A DNA stretch of 64,000 bases, taken from the NCBI GenBank assembly GCA_965262615.1, contig OZ253545.1:160001-224000 (forward strand). The letters run 5' to 3'. The stretch is from Alphaproteobacteria bacterium. Lineage in GTDB: Bacteria; Pseudomonadota; Alphaproteobacteria; GM7ARS4; G965262615. Of the stretch, positions 49,760 to 58,363 are shown in pieces; position 1 is the first letter of the stretch, and every line of letters begins with the position of its first letter. The translations under genes and the position numbers were made by a program. The notes under the pieces were generated by a model. That model worked only from the letters and a program-made list of their open reading frames with translations. It was not told where the DNA came from and made no database searches.

Positions 49760-50656
49760 GTTCAAACACCACGCAAGAATTGCCTTTTGCACATGCAAGC
49801 GATTGGTGCTGCACTCCCACACCAATGATTGTTCCCCATCAATGACTTCATCGGTCACCTCACGCCCGCGCGTGGCGGGCAGGCAATGCAAAAACACCCC
49901 ATCCTTATGAGCCAATGCCATGAGATTCGTGGTGACGGCAAAATCACCCAACAGATTCTCGCGTTTGGATGCATCATCGGTGTTCATGGATTTCCATGTA
50001 TCGGTCATGACGGCATACGCGCCATCCACAGCATCGGACGCATTGTCATAAAAAGTGACACGACCGCCCCCATTGCGCACCTCATCCACAAAGGCATCGT
50101 TCGGACGCAATGAAGAAGGACACCCCACACGCAACTGACATCCCTCATAGCGACTCGCCCACATCCATGACCGAGTCACATTGTTAAAATCACCCACCCA
50201 AGCGATGGGCATGTCCTTGAGAGAAGAAAAACGCTTCTGCAGAGTCATCATGTCCGCCATCACCTGACAGGGATGACAGTCGCTGGTGAGACCATTGATG
50301 ACAGGAACGCTCGCCACCTCCGCCGCCGCCTCCAAATCCGATTGTGATGGACAGCGCACCATCATCACATCCACATAGCCACCGAGCACCCGAATGGTGT
50401 CATGCAGTGTCTCGCCGCGTCCCATCTGACTGGAGCCACCATCCATCGTCACCGTCATGCCGCCCATCTGCTGCATGGCAAGATCAAACGACAGACGCGT
50501 GCGCGTGGAAGGATTATGAAACACCATCGCCAAACCACGACCCAGGCACAATGAAGACACATCATCAGGTGGGCGTGACTTCCACTCATGAGCCGTCCGC
50601 AAAATGGTGAGAGCCGTGTCGGTATCAATATTCTGTAGTTTCAAAAAGTGTCGCAT
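49730..50656 (-). CDS. argF: Ornithine carbamoyltransferase
   Basis: STRTR.SF, HPCQ and FLHCLP. Confidence 0.95.
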   Translation of the reverse strand: MRHFLKLQNIDTDTALTILRTAHEWKSRPPDDVSSLCLGRGLAMVFHNPSTRTRLSFDLAMQQMGGMTVTMDGGSSQMGRGETLHDTIRVLGGYVDVMMVRCPSQSDLEAAAEVASVPVINGLTSDCHPCQVMADMMTLQKRFSSLKDMPIAWVGDFNNVTRSWMWASRYEGCQLRVGCPSSLRPNDAFVDEVRNGGGRVTFYDNASDAVDGAYAVMTDTWKSMNTDDASKRENLLGDFAVTTNLMALAHKDGVFLHCLPATRGREVTDEVIDGEQSLVWECSTNRLHVQKAILAWCLNLISPEARHQ

Positions 50657-51825
50657 ACCCGCTCCATCGCGCCAATGCACTCGGAAATGTGATTCTCTTC
50701 CACAATGAGTGGCGGCAGCAAACGAATGACATTGCCGCGCGCCCCCACCGTCAAAATGCCTTGTTCGCGCAACGCGGCGATAAAATCATCGCGTCTGTCG
50801 GCAATCTCCACGCCCAGCATCAAGCCTTTGCCGCGCACATCGTTGATGGCATGAGAATACCGCCGTGCCACATCCTCTAGTTTCTGCCTAAAAAGCTCGC
50901 CCATCTGATTGACGCTTTCAAGGAATGATTCTTGGGTCACCACCTCAAGCAGTTGTTTGGCGACCGCCATCGCCAGTGGATTGCCACCAAAAGTTGAGCC
51001 ATGAGAGCCGCGCGTCATGACTTGTGCCACCTCGTGCGTTGCCAGACACGCTCCCACAGGGAAACCGCCTCCCAATCCCTTCGCGGTGGCAACAATGTCG
51101 GGCATCACACCGCTCCACTGATGGTGAAACAGGCGACCGCATCGTCCCATGCCGCACTGCACCTCATCCAAAAACAACAGTGCGCCCACATCATGCGCCA
51201 AATCTCTGACAAAGCTCATATCGTCATCGGTCATCACATGAATACCGCCTTCCCCTTGCACGGGTTCTAGTAAAATCGCCGCCGTCTGCTGTGATACCAC
51301 GCGCCGCAAGCCTTCCCAATCGCGCAAACGCACATGGTCAAAGCCCGGCAAGGCGGGAGCAAATCCATCCAACATGCCACTGAGCGCGCCCGATGCGCTG
51401 ATGGCGGTCATGCTTCTGCCGTGAAACGCCCCATCAAAACACACAATGCGCTGACGATGCCCATCGCCTCGCTGTTGATGGTATCGGCGCGCCATTTTCA
51501 CCCCCATCTCCACCGCTTCAGTTCCCGAATTGCAAAAAAATGCATGGTCGGCAAAACAATGCGTCACCAACAAGCTCGCCACCGCCTCTTGAATGCCGTG
51601 TGAGAATAAATTGGAAATATGCCACAGTTTTTCCGCCTGCTCACGCAATGCCGCCACCAACAACGGATGGGCATGACCCAACGCATTCACCCCAATGCCG
51701 GAGGTGAAATCCAAAAACCGCCGTCCTTTGTCGTCATACAGATACACCCCCTCCCCCCGCACAAAGCGATGAGGCGGAAAATTATACAACGGAAAAAGAG
51801 GCGAATCCTTCATCATGATACTCAT
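50641..51825 (-). CDS. argD: Acetylornithine aminotransferase
   Basis: NSGTEAVE, FHGRS, EPVQGEGG, DEVQCG, AKGLGGG and HGSTFGGNP. Confidence 0.94.
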   Translation of the reverse strand: MSIMMKDSPLFPLYNFPPHRFVRGEGVYLYDDKGRRFLDFTSGIGVNALGHAHPLLVAALREQAEKLWHISNLFSHGIQEAVASLLVTHCFADHAFFCNSGTEAVEMGVKMARRYHQQRGDGHRQRIVCFDGAFHGRSMTAISASGALSGMLDGFAPALPGFDHVRLRDWEGLRRVVSQQTAAILLEPVQGEGGIHVMTDDDMSFVRDLAHDVGALLFLDEVQCGMGRCGRLFHHQWSGVMPDIVATAKGLGGGFPVGACLATHEVAQVMTRGSHGSTFGGNPLAMAVAKQLLEVVTQESFLESVNQMGELFRQKLEDVARRYSHAINDVRGKGLMLGVEIADRRDDFIAALREQGILTVGARGNVIRLLPPLIVEENHISECIGAMERVCDTF

Positions 51826-51861
51826 TGAAAGAGAGACAACTACCCATAGTTATCCATCAGG

Positions 51862-52683
51862 TCAAGACTGCACCCGCACGCCATAAAACAACAGCAACCA
51901 ACAACACACCACCAAGATGATGTTAATCGTCAACACAAACACAATGCCAAAGGACAGAAAATCCCCGCCAACCCCCAAAACGCCATAGCGAAAGCCATCA
52001 ATCAGATAAAAAAACGGGTTGTATGATGACAACACCTGCAACCACGGCGGCAATTGCTCAATGCTGTAAAATGTGCCCGACAGAAAGGCAAGAGGCGTGA
52101 TGACAAAATTATTCAATCCCGCAATGTGGTCAAATTTTTCGGCTAAAATGCCTCCCAACAAACCGAACAGCCCCAACATCAATGATGCCGATGCGCCGTA
52201 ATAAATCACCAGCCACCAATTGGCAACGGACAGCGGCAGCACCCACGACATCGCCCATCCCACGCTCACCAACACCACCAAGCCGCGCGTCAATGACCCC
52301 AACGCATAGCCGCAGGTCAGTTCAAACGGTGTCAGCGGCGGCATGATGACATCCACAATGCTTCCCTGAACTTTGGCAATCACGATGGAAAACGAGCTGT
52401 TCATAAAGGCATTTTGCATGATCGCCAGCATCACCAATCCGGGTGCGATGAATTGATCGTAAGAGACCGCCAAATCGTCACGCCGCAAGCCACCTATTGC
52501 CAAATCAAACACCGCCAGAAAAAGCAAACTGGTCACCACGGGCGCAACGATGGATTGACTGGGAATACTCAAAAAGCGCATGACTTCTTTGAGATAAAAG
52601 CTCCACAATCCGTAATAGTTCGCCCGTTTGAAAGTTTTTGTTTGGCTATCGCTTGGTGGTTTTTTACGATACGATGGCATCAT
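51862..52683 (-). CDS. ABC-2 type permease (YadH-like)
   Basis: KEV.RF, FIAPGL, PL.FL.G.FYSI..LP and NPFFYLIDGFRYG. Confidence 0.88.
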   Translation of the reverse strand: MMPSYRKKPPSDSQTKTFKRANYYGLWSFYLKEVMRFLSIPSQSIVAPVVTSLLFLAVFDLAIGGLRRDDLAVSYDQFIAPGLVMLAIMQNAFMNSSFSIVIAKVQGSIVDVIMPPLTPFELTCGYALGSLTRGLVVLVSVGWAMSWVLPLSVANWWLVIYYGASASLMLGLFGLLGGILAEKFDHIAGLNNFVITPLAFLSGTFYSIEQLPPWLQVLSSYNPFFYLIDGFRYGVLGVGGDFLSFGIVFVLTINIILVVCCWLLLFYGVRVQS

Positions 52684-52957
52684 GAGTGTTCATCCTTTGC
52701 AGACGGCGATTGAGGCGTGTTTGCGCCGTTGTTTTGTTCCCCGTCACTTGACGGTGCGGGATATATCGGACAGCCATCGCGGTCATGCTGGCTGGCGAGA
52801 GGGCGGCGGCACTCATTTTGCCATTGAGATGCACTCGTCTCGTTTTGTGGGGCAGTCTCGCGTGCGCTGCCATCGGATGGTTCATGAGTCGCTGTCTGAG
52901 GCGGGGCTGTTGTCTCGTATTCACGCGCTGACCCTTTCTCTGCACGGCGACTTCTAA
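52682..52957 (+). CDS. bolA: BolA-family protein
   Basis: S..H.GHAG, THF, F.G.SRV..HRMV and IHAL. Confidence 0.92.
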   Translation: MSVHPLQTAIEACLRRCFVPRHLTVRDISDSHRGHAGWREGGGTHFAIEMHSSRFVGQSRVRCHRMVHESLSEAGLLSRIHALTLSLHGDF

Positions 52958-52958
52958 G

Positions 52959-53030
52959 AGCGGGAGACGAGATTTGAACTCGCGACCCTCACGTTGGCAA
53001 CGTGATGCTCTACCCCTGAGCTACTCCCGC
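52959..53030 (-). tRNA. tRNA-Gly (GCC); CCA not encoded
   Basis: Reverse complement GCGGGAGTAGCTCAGGGGTAGAGCATCACGTTGCCAACGTGAGGGTCGCGAGTTCAAATCTCGTCTCCCGCT forms a cloverleaf. Confidence 0.96.
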
Positions 53031-53084
53031 ATAACGCCACTCTAACTCATCAAGGTTGATTTGCCAAGATGATGTGAGAGGTCT

Positions 53085-53495
53085 TTATTTTTTGAACACC
53101 CACCAGCGGAGAATAATGAAATTAATTATTGGTATACACACCACGACAATCAGCACCGCCAGCCATGGATGCCATTGCATCTCAGTAATCCATTCAGACA
53201 CAAGGATGGTGAAAACGAGTCCCACTGATGCCAGCAGAAGAAACTTTGTGTATTGATTCAATGACAGCTTCTTGGTTTGAAAGACAAAAAAATTCGCCAT
53301 GAGGTATGACCCTATATTGGCGATGAGAAACGCTCCGCCGTTGGCTTGAGTGACGCTCCATTCGTGTTCACGCGCCAGGGCAAAGCATCCGATGTGAATG
53401 AGGGTGGCGATGATGCCGGCGATGATGTACCGCCCCAAACTTTTAACGAGTGCGCCGTTTTGTGCGATGAGGCTTTGAAGTTTGGCGATTATCAT
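53085..53495 (-). CDS. GtrA-family flippase-like protein
   Basis: Four TM segments; RYIIAG, AN..AF, SY...FVF and NF...RWWVF. Confidence 0.85.
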   Translation of the reverse strand: MIIAKLQSLIAQNGALVKSLGRYIIAGIIATLIHIGCFALAREHEWSVTQANGGAFLIANIGSYLMANFFVFQTKKLSLNQYTKFLLLASVGLVFTILVSEWITEMQWHPWLAVLIVVVCIPIINFIILRWWVFKK

Positions 53496-54420
53496 GGACG
53501 GCGGCGATGATGTAGGGCGGTCGTTTTTTGCTCTCAATCAGCGTGTGAGCGGCGTATTCCCCGATAACACCCAGCACGAACAATTGCAATCCGCCCATAA
53601 AAAAGATGGCAAAAAGTAGTGTGCTGGTGTCGGTGCTGAGGTTGAACACAGAGACATCAATCGCGAGCATCGCGGCGCCACAGACGGCGGCGATGATGGC
53701 AATGAGCATCCCCACATACATCCACAGACGCAACGGCGCAATGGAAAATGAGACAATGCCAACGGTGGCTTGTTTGATGAGGGCGGCGAGATTGAATTTA
53801 GACCTGCCCTTGCTGCGTTTGGCTCGGGTGTAGGTGATGAATTGCTGTTTGAATCCTGCCCATGCGAAGATTCCCTTCATGAAGATGGTGTGTTCGTTGA
53901 GGGAGCGGATGGCGGTGACGACTTTTTGATCCAACAGTCGAAAATCCCCCGCATTGGGCTGAATGGGAACATGGGCGATGCGTTTCATGATGGCATAAAA
54001 AAATTGCGCCGAGACGCGTTTGAACCAGCTGTCGGCGGAGCGGTCAGAACGAATACCAATGACAGTCTCTGCCCCTTGTTGCCATTTTTTCACCATGTGA
54101 GGGATGATGTCGGGAGGGTCTTGCAAATCTATGTCGCAGGGGATGACGGCATCGCCCGTGGTGTGATGCAATCCCGCCACCAGAGCGGGTTCTTTGCCGA
54201 AATTGCGTGACAGACGCACCAGACGGATGGTGTGTTTTTTCTCGCGAGCGATGCGGTGTTCAATGAGGGCGGCGGTGGCATCGGTGCTGCCATCATCCAC
54301 AAAGACGAACTCCCAGCGCATGGTGGACAAACGGCGAGCGATGGGCGTGATGCTCTCCCAGAACGGACCCAGGGCATCTTCTTCGTTGTAACAGGGAATG
54401 ACGAGGCTGATGGTTTTCAT
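53443..54420 (-). CDS. GT2 bactoprenol glycosyltransferase (GtrB-like)
   Basis: VIPCYNEE, DDGSTD, LSRNFGKE, DIDLQDPP, GDFRL and GVIGEY. Confidence 0.92.
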   Translation of the reverse strand: MKTISLVIPCYNEEDALGPFWESITPIARRLSTMRWEFVFVDDGSTDATAALIEHRIAREKKHTIRLVRLSRNFGKEPALVAGLHHTTGDAVIPCDIDLQDPPDIIPHMVKKWQQGAETVIGIRSDRSADSWFKRVSAQFFYAIMKRIAHVPIQPNAGDFRLLDQKVVTAIRSLNEHTIFMKGIFAWAGFKQQFITYTRAKRSKGRSKFNLAALIKQATVGIVSFSIAPLRLWMYVGMLIAIIAAVCGAAMLAIDVSVFNLSTDTSTLLFAIFFMGGLQLFVLGVIGEYAAHTLIESKKRPPYIIAAVHDNRQTSKPHRTKRRTR

Positions 54421-54438
54421 AACGCAAAGCTGCATGCG

Positions 54439-54512
54439 CGCGCCCGGGAGGACTCGAACCCCCAACCTCCTGATCCGTAGTCAGACGCTCTATCCAATTG
54501 AACTACGGGCGC
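54439..54512 (-). tRNA. tRNA-Arg (ACG); CCA not encoded
   Basis: Reverse complement GCGCCCGTAGTTCAATTGGATAGAGCGTCTGACTACGGATCAGGAGGTTGGGGGTTCGAGTCCTCCCGGGCGCG. Confidence 0.96.
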
Positions 54513-54563
54513 AGCAAAAACACCATACAAATTATCCCACACACTCGCAAGCGTCAGATGGTT

Positions 54564-55031
54564 CTAAAAACCGAGAATGGCTTGTCCGTTCCAATCGGTT
54601 TGGAAGATGCCTCTCGCAAGAATATCACGCCCCAGTAGCACATCGTGGTCTGTTGAAAGAGTCTGATATTCAGCTACTTGAGTGCTTTCAAAGGCAGTAA
54701 GGGCATTCCCCATCGGTATAATTAGGGTAACGAAGTAAGCTCTCACCTCAGAGACACCTGTCGCCGAATTCGCAGTAATCAAGCCTGATGACTCAAGATT
54801 TAATTTTTGGGAAAGTCTTTGGCTGATATAACTGACAGAAGACCCTGTATGCACGAGACAAAAAGCCTCCTCCATCGTAAGATTTTCTTTTTTCCTATCT
54901 TGAGCACGGTCACCAATGGCAAACCCCATTGGCACATTTTCTTCAATTTCAACAGCACTCTTTCCTGTGACGACAGATACAGGAATAATCACTCCTTTTT
55001 CAGAATCAAACGAAACCCTCAGCAGTGACAT
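54564..55031 (-). CDS. Retropepsin-like aspartyl protease paralog with catalytic Asp replaced (HTG)
   Basis: CLVHTGSS where paralogs have CLIDTGA; retains VLLGRDIL. Confidence 0.8.
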   Translation of the reverse strand: MSLLRVSFDSEKGVIIPVSVVTGKSAVEIEENVPMGFAIGDRAQDRKKENLTMEEAFCLVHTGSSVSYISQRLSQKLNLESSGLITANSATGVSEVRAYFVTLIIPMGNALTAFESTQVAEYQTLSTDHDVLLGRDILARGIFQTDWNGQAILGF

Positions 55032-55036
55032 GCTGA

Positions 55037-55288
55037 TTAAGCAGGCATTGCAGGGAATGTGATGACATCAATTGGCTTTTGTCCAACTTGTTGGACGCTG
55101 TAATTATCGTCATCGTAGGTATCAAGGGCGTGTTTGTGGGCGAGGCGGGCGGTATCAAAAACGCCGATGAGTTTTTGGTCACGCAGGAGGGCATACTTGC
55201 CTTTATCTGCTTTTTTGAATTGAGCGGACATTTTTTGAAAGGCATCAAAATTCGCCTTAATCATGGTGTCTCGGTCGGTCATTGTCAT
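55037..55288 (-). CDS. Small partner protein (DUF5678-like), copy A
   Basis: NFDAF..M...KGKYALLRDQKLIG.F.T...YSVQQVG; 5 bp upstream of the protease. Confidence 0.75.
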   Translation of the reverse strand: MTMTDRDTMIKANFDAFQKMSAQFKKADKGKYALLRDQKLIGVFDTARLAHKHALDTYDDDNYSVQQVGQKPIDVITFPAMPA

Positions 55289-55519
55289 TGCATCCTCTGG
55301 GTTTGTTTGATGGGTTCATTGTGGTGTTTTTTTTGCAAGAAGTCAATATTTTTGGTGATTGGTCATTTTTTTTGTTTTCGGTTTGAGGGATGGGTGATGT
55401 CGGTGGGGTTGGTGTCAATGGCTCAGAAGTGGCGGCGGGACTGTTGGGCGATGATTCCTGCCCCGCACCAATTGCCATCACTCGCAAGCGTCAGATGGTT
55501 CTAAAAACCGAGAATGGCT

Positions 55520-55915
55520 TCAATCGGTTTGGAAGATGCCTTTCATAAGAATATCGCGCCCCAGTAGCACATCGTGACCTTTCCCTCCTCCGTATTCAGC
55601 CACTTGGGTGGATTCAAAAAAATGGAAGGAATTCCCCATTGGTATTATTAAAGTGACAAGGTAAGTTTTCATCCTCACTTTTTCTGATGCGGTCAGCATT
55701 GTTATCATCCCTGATCGCTCAAGCTTTAATTTTTCGGCAAGTCTTTCGCTGACACAGCTGATGCCAGCTCCCGTATCTATGAGACAGTTAAACTTCGGCA
55801 ACGTTTTAATGTATTTTCCTTTATCCTCAATCGCAACGGTGTTTTTACCTGTTGCAATGAACACGGGAATAGTGACCCCTTTTTGAGGGTCAAATTGAAC
55901 TTTCAGAAGAGCCAT
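55520..55915 (-). CDS. Retropepsin-like protease, C-terminally truncated by an 8-bp deletion
   Basis: LIDTGA and LLGRDIL present; GTCCGTTC missing relative to copy A gives TGA and loss of the last 9 residues. Confidence 0.8.
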   Translation of the reverse strand: MALLKVQFDPQKGVTIPVFIATGKNTVAIEDKGKYIKTLPKFNCLIDTGAGISCVSERLAEKLKLERSGMITMLTASEKVRMKTYLVTLIIPMGNSFHFFESTQVAEYGGGKGHDVLLGRDILMKGIFQTD

Positions 55916-55920
55916 ACCGA

Positions 55921-56169
55921 TTAAGCAGAAAGTGCAGGAAATGTGATGACTTCAATTGGCTCTTGTCCAATTTCTTGGAAGCTGTAGTTGTTATCTTTGA
56001 ATTTCTCAAGGGCGTGTTTGCGAGCTTCTCGGGCGGTGGCAAAAATGCCGACGAGTTTTTGATCGCGCAGAAGCGCGTATTTGCCCTTGTCTTCTTTTTT
56101 GAATTGAGAAGACATTTTTTCAAAGGCATCAAAATTTGCCAAAAGCATGGCATCTCTGTCGGTCATCAT
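55921..56169 (-). CDS. Small partner protein (DUF5678-like), copy B
   Basis: Paralog; ATGACA-N17-TACAAT ends 6 nt before the ATG. Confidence 0.75.
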   Translation of the reverse strand: MMTDRDAMLLANFDAFEKMSSQFKKEDKGKYALLRDQKLVGIFATAREARKHALEKFKDNNYSFQEIGQEPIEVITFPALSA

Positions 56170-56358
56170 GGTTTTATTGTAGTGAATTTTGGTCATTGTG
56201 TCATCCCTCATTTTTTGTGGTTTTGGTTTTTTGGATGCGATTTGAGGGATGGGTGAGGGTGGTGAGGGTGGTGTCAATGGCTCTGAAGTGGCGGCGGGAC
56301 TGTTGGGCGATGATTCCTGCCCGTACCAACTGCCATCCCTCGCAAGCGTCAGATTGTT

Positions 56359-56793
56359 TCAAAAACCGAGAATGGCTTTCCCGTTCCAATCGGTTTGGAA
56401 GATGCCTTTCATAAGAATATCGCGCCCCAGTAGCACATCGTGACTTTTCCCTCCTCCGTATTCAGCCACTTGGGTGGATTCAAAAAAATGGAAGGAATTC
56501 CCCATTGGTATTATGAAAGTGACAAGGTAAGTTTTCACCCTCACTTTTTCTGATGCGGTCAGCATTGGTATCATCCCTGATTTCTTAAGTTTTAATTTTT
56601 CGGCAAGTCTTTCGCTGACACAACTTCGAGAAGCTCCCGTATCTATGAGACAGCCAAACTTCGGCATTGTTTTGATGTCTTTCTCTCCACTTCTCACTCT
56701 ATCCTCAATTGTAGCAGTGTCTTTGCCTGTTACAACAAACACGGGAATGATGACCCCTTTTTGAGGGGCAAATTGAACTTTCAGAAGAGCCAT
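56359..56793 (-). CDS. Retropepsin-like (clan AA) aspartyl protease, intact
   Basis: LIDTGASRS catalytic motif, flap TASE, VLLGRDIL. Confidence 0.85.
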   Translation of the reverse strand: MALLKVQFAPQKGVIIPVFVVTGKDTATIEDRVRSGEKDIKTMPKFGCLIDTGASRSCVSERLAEKLKLKKSGMIPMLTASEKVRVKTYLVTFIIPMGNSFHFFESTQVAEYGGGKSHDVLLGRDILMKGIFQTDWNGKAILGF

Positions 56794-56798
56794 GCTGA

Positions 56799-57047
56799 TT
56801 AAGCAGAGATGACGCGGAACAAAGGAATCTCAAGTGGCTCGCATCCAATTTCTTGAAAGCTGTAGTTGTCATCATCGTAGGTCTCAAGGGCGTGTTTGTG
56901 GGCGAGGTGGGCGGTGGCAAAAATGCCGACGAGTTTTTGATCGCGCAGAAGCGCGTATTTTCCCTTGTCTTCTTTTTTGAATTGAGAAGACATTTTTTCA
57001 AAGGCATCAAAATTTGCCTCAATCATGGCATCTCTGTCGGTCATCAT
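56799..57047 (-). CDS. Small partner protein (DUF5678-like), copy C
   Basis: Paralog with the same promoter geometry as copy B. Confidence 0.75.
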   Translation of the reverse strand: MMTDRDAMIEANFDAFEKMSSQFKKEDKGKYALLRDQKLVGIFATAHLAHKHALETYDDDNYSFQEIGCEPLEIPLFRVISA

Positions 57048-57265
57048 GGTTTTATTGTAGTGAATTTTGGTCATTGTGTCATCCCTCATTTTTTGTGGTT
57101 TTGGTTTTTTGGATGCGGTTTTGGGCGGGGGTGAGGAAGGTGGGGTTGGTATCAATGCCGTAGATAATGTCACCCTTGCCGAAGAGTCAAAGCGTTCCAG
57201 CTTGTGATGAACGCGCCAATGGTTTATCATGTCCTCATGCCACCCTCGCCAAACACCGTATCCAT

Positions 57266-57293
57266 AAAACAAAACCCATCTCGTAGGATGGGA
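57266..57293 (-). terminator. Putative intrinsic terminator
   Basis: CCCATC-N6-GATGGG hairpin followed by TTTTGTTTT on the minus strand. Confidence 0.6.
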
Positions 57294-57298
57294 AGCTG

Positions 57299-57523
57299 CT
57301 ACACATAATCCTCAAATCGCTTCAGTGGCAACTTAAGACGCTCACACATTTTTTTAATCATTCTAGGATGCATCTGCACATGATCATCCAAAACAGGTGT
57401 CCACAGCAACACGCCATCATGACGATGCGTTAGATGCCTGATTTCAATTTCTTGAATCTCACAAGAAAACTCCTCAATGGCAATGGCTTCAAATTCTTTG
57501 TAGAGAAGCCGCCGCGGCATCAC
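57299..57523 (-). CDS. Small protein, possible divergent HicA-like toxin
   Basis: 74 aa; ATGA overlap with the HicB-like gene; C-terminal IKKMCERLKL helix; no GSH motif. Confidence 0.5.
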   Translation of the reverse strand: MMPRRLLYKEFEAIAIEEFSCEIQEIEIRHLTHRHDGVLLWTPVLDDHVQMHPRMIKKMCERLKLPLKRFEDYV

Positions 57524-57909
57524 GCCGCCACCCGATAATCAATCATATCAGAGAAGTCTTGAGATGGCGGCAAAGCAAAAGACTTCGGCAACAAAGACTT
57601 CTCTTGAGGAGCAATCTTGCTTTTAGGAATAAACTCATCCTTGATGCCCAAAGCATCCTCATACATATCCCAATACTCTTGGGGAGCTTTCTCAATGGCA
57701 TCCAATCCCTCATAGCCATACTGAGCACACAAAACCAACTCGGCATAGAGCGTCTTGACGAAATTGAGCATCACATCTTTCGCGCTATCGCCCTGCGCCG
57801 CAATATAATGCTCCAGACCGACCGCGACATAGCCCATCGTGTCCTTCACGATGACAACGCTGATTTTTCCGCTCGTAGCTTTTGTATCCACAGCAAGACT
57901 TTCACTCAT
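57520..57909 (-). CDS. HicB-like protein (divergent)
   Basis: YVAVGLEHYIAAQGDS.KDV...L and KAPQEYWDMY, matching RAEAKYW.MF in the other HicBs; GGAGG RBS. Confidence 0.7.
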   Translation of the reverse strand: MSESLAVDTKATSGKISVVIVKDTMGYVAVGLEHYIAAQGDSAKDVMLNFVKTLYAELVLCAQYGYEGLDAIEKAPQEYWDMYEDALGIKDEFIPKSKIAPQEKSLLPKSFALPPSQDFSDMIDYRVAA

Positions 57910-58009
57910 TCGCGACCTCCATTGCCCACCAATATAGTCATTTTCATCTTCAATGAAAACCCCTCATGACCATATTGTCGTGACCGCGTCAATCGTCTAT
58001 CATGTTCTC

Positions 58010-58363
58010 ATGTCTCTTGATGAATCTCAATTTCTGCACGAAGCCGAACACACCCTCACCCACCTCTTTGACGAGCTGGAATCCGCCGAGGGAGCGTTTG
58101 ATATAGACACCGAAGAAGGCGACACCATCACCATCACGCTGGATGAAGGCGGGGTTTATATCATCAGCAAACACACCGCCAGCCAGCAATTGTGGCTGTC
58201 GTCGCCGCATTCGGGCGCAAGCCATTATGAGTATCATCTCAGCGAGGAGAGTGAGCATCCCGCCGACAACTGGCGCAACACTCGCGCCACAGACGATGAT
58301 GCTCAAACCCTCAAAACCACACTCTTTGACGAACTGAAACAATACGCGAGCGCGGTGCTGTGA
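58010..58363 (+). CDS. cyaY: Frataxin-family iron donor CyaY
   Basis: YIISKH.ASQQLWLSSP.SG..HY. Confidence 0.9.
   Translation: MSLDESQFLHEAEHTLTHLFDELESAEGAFDIDTEEGDTITITLDEGGVYIISKHTASQQLWLSSPHSGASHYEYHLSEESEHPADNWRNTRATDDDAQTLKTTLFDELKQYASAVL

Larger units (their letters stand above)
54543..57140. repeat. Triple tandem repeat (~0.85-0.95 kb units) of the small protein + protease module
   Basis: CTCGCAAGCGTCAGAT...AAAAACCGAGAATGGCTT recurs at ~54544, ~55481 and ~56339; upstream poly-T/GGT tracts also repeat. Confidence 0.92.

Noticed and set aside
54564-56793. Retroelement (retron, DGR or LTR) origin of the retropepsins
   Set aside because: No reverse transcriptase, gag-like gene or TR/VR pair in the window
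57048-57272. Long N-terminal extensions of the small partner ORFs (also 56170-56277)
   Set aside because: Low-complexity read-through of promoter DNA, not conserved in frame among the three copies
52959-57909. tRNA-integrated genomic island with att repeats
   Set aside because: No duplicated tRNA 3' end or integrase seen; the protease array lies 5' of tRNA-Arg
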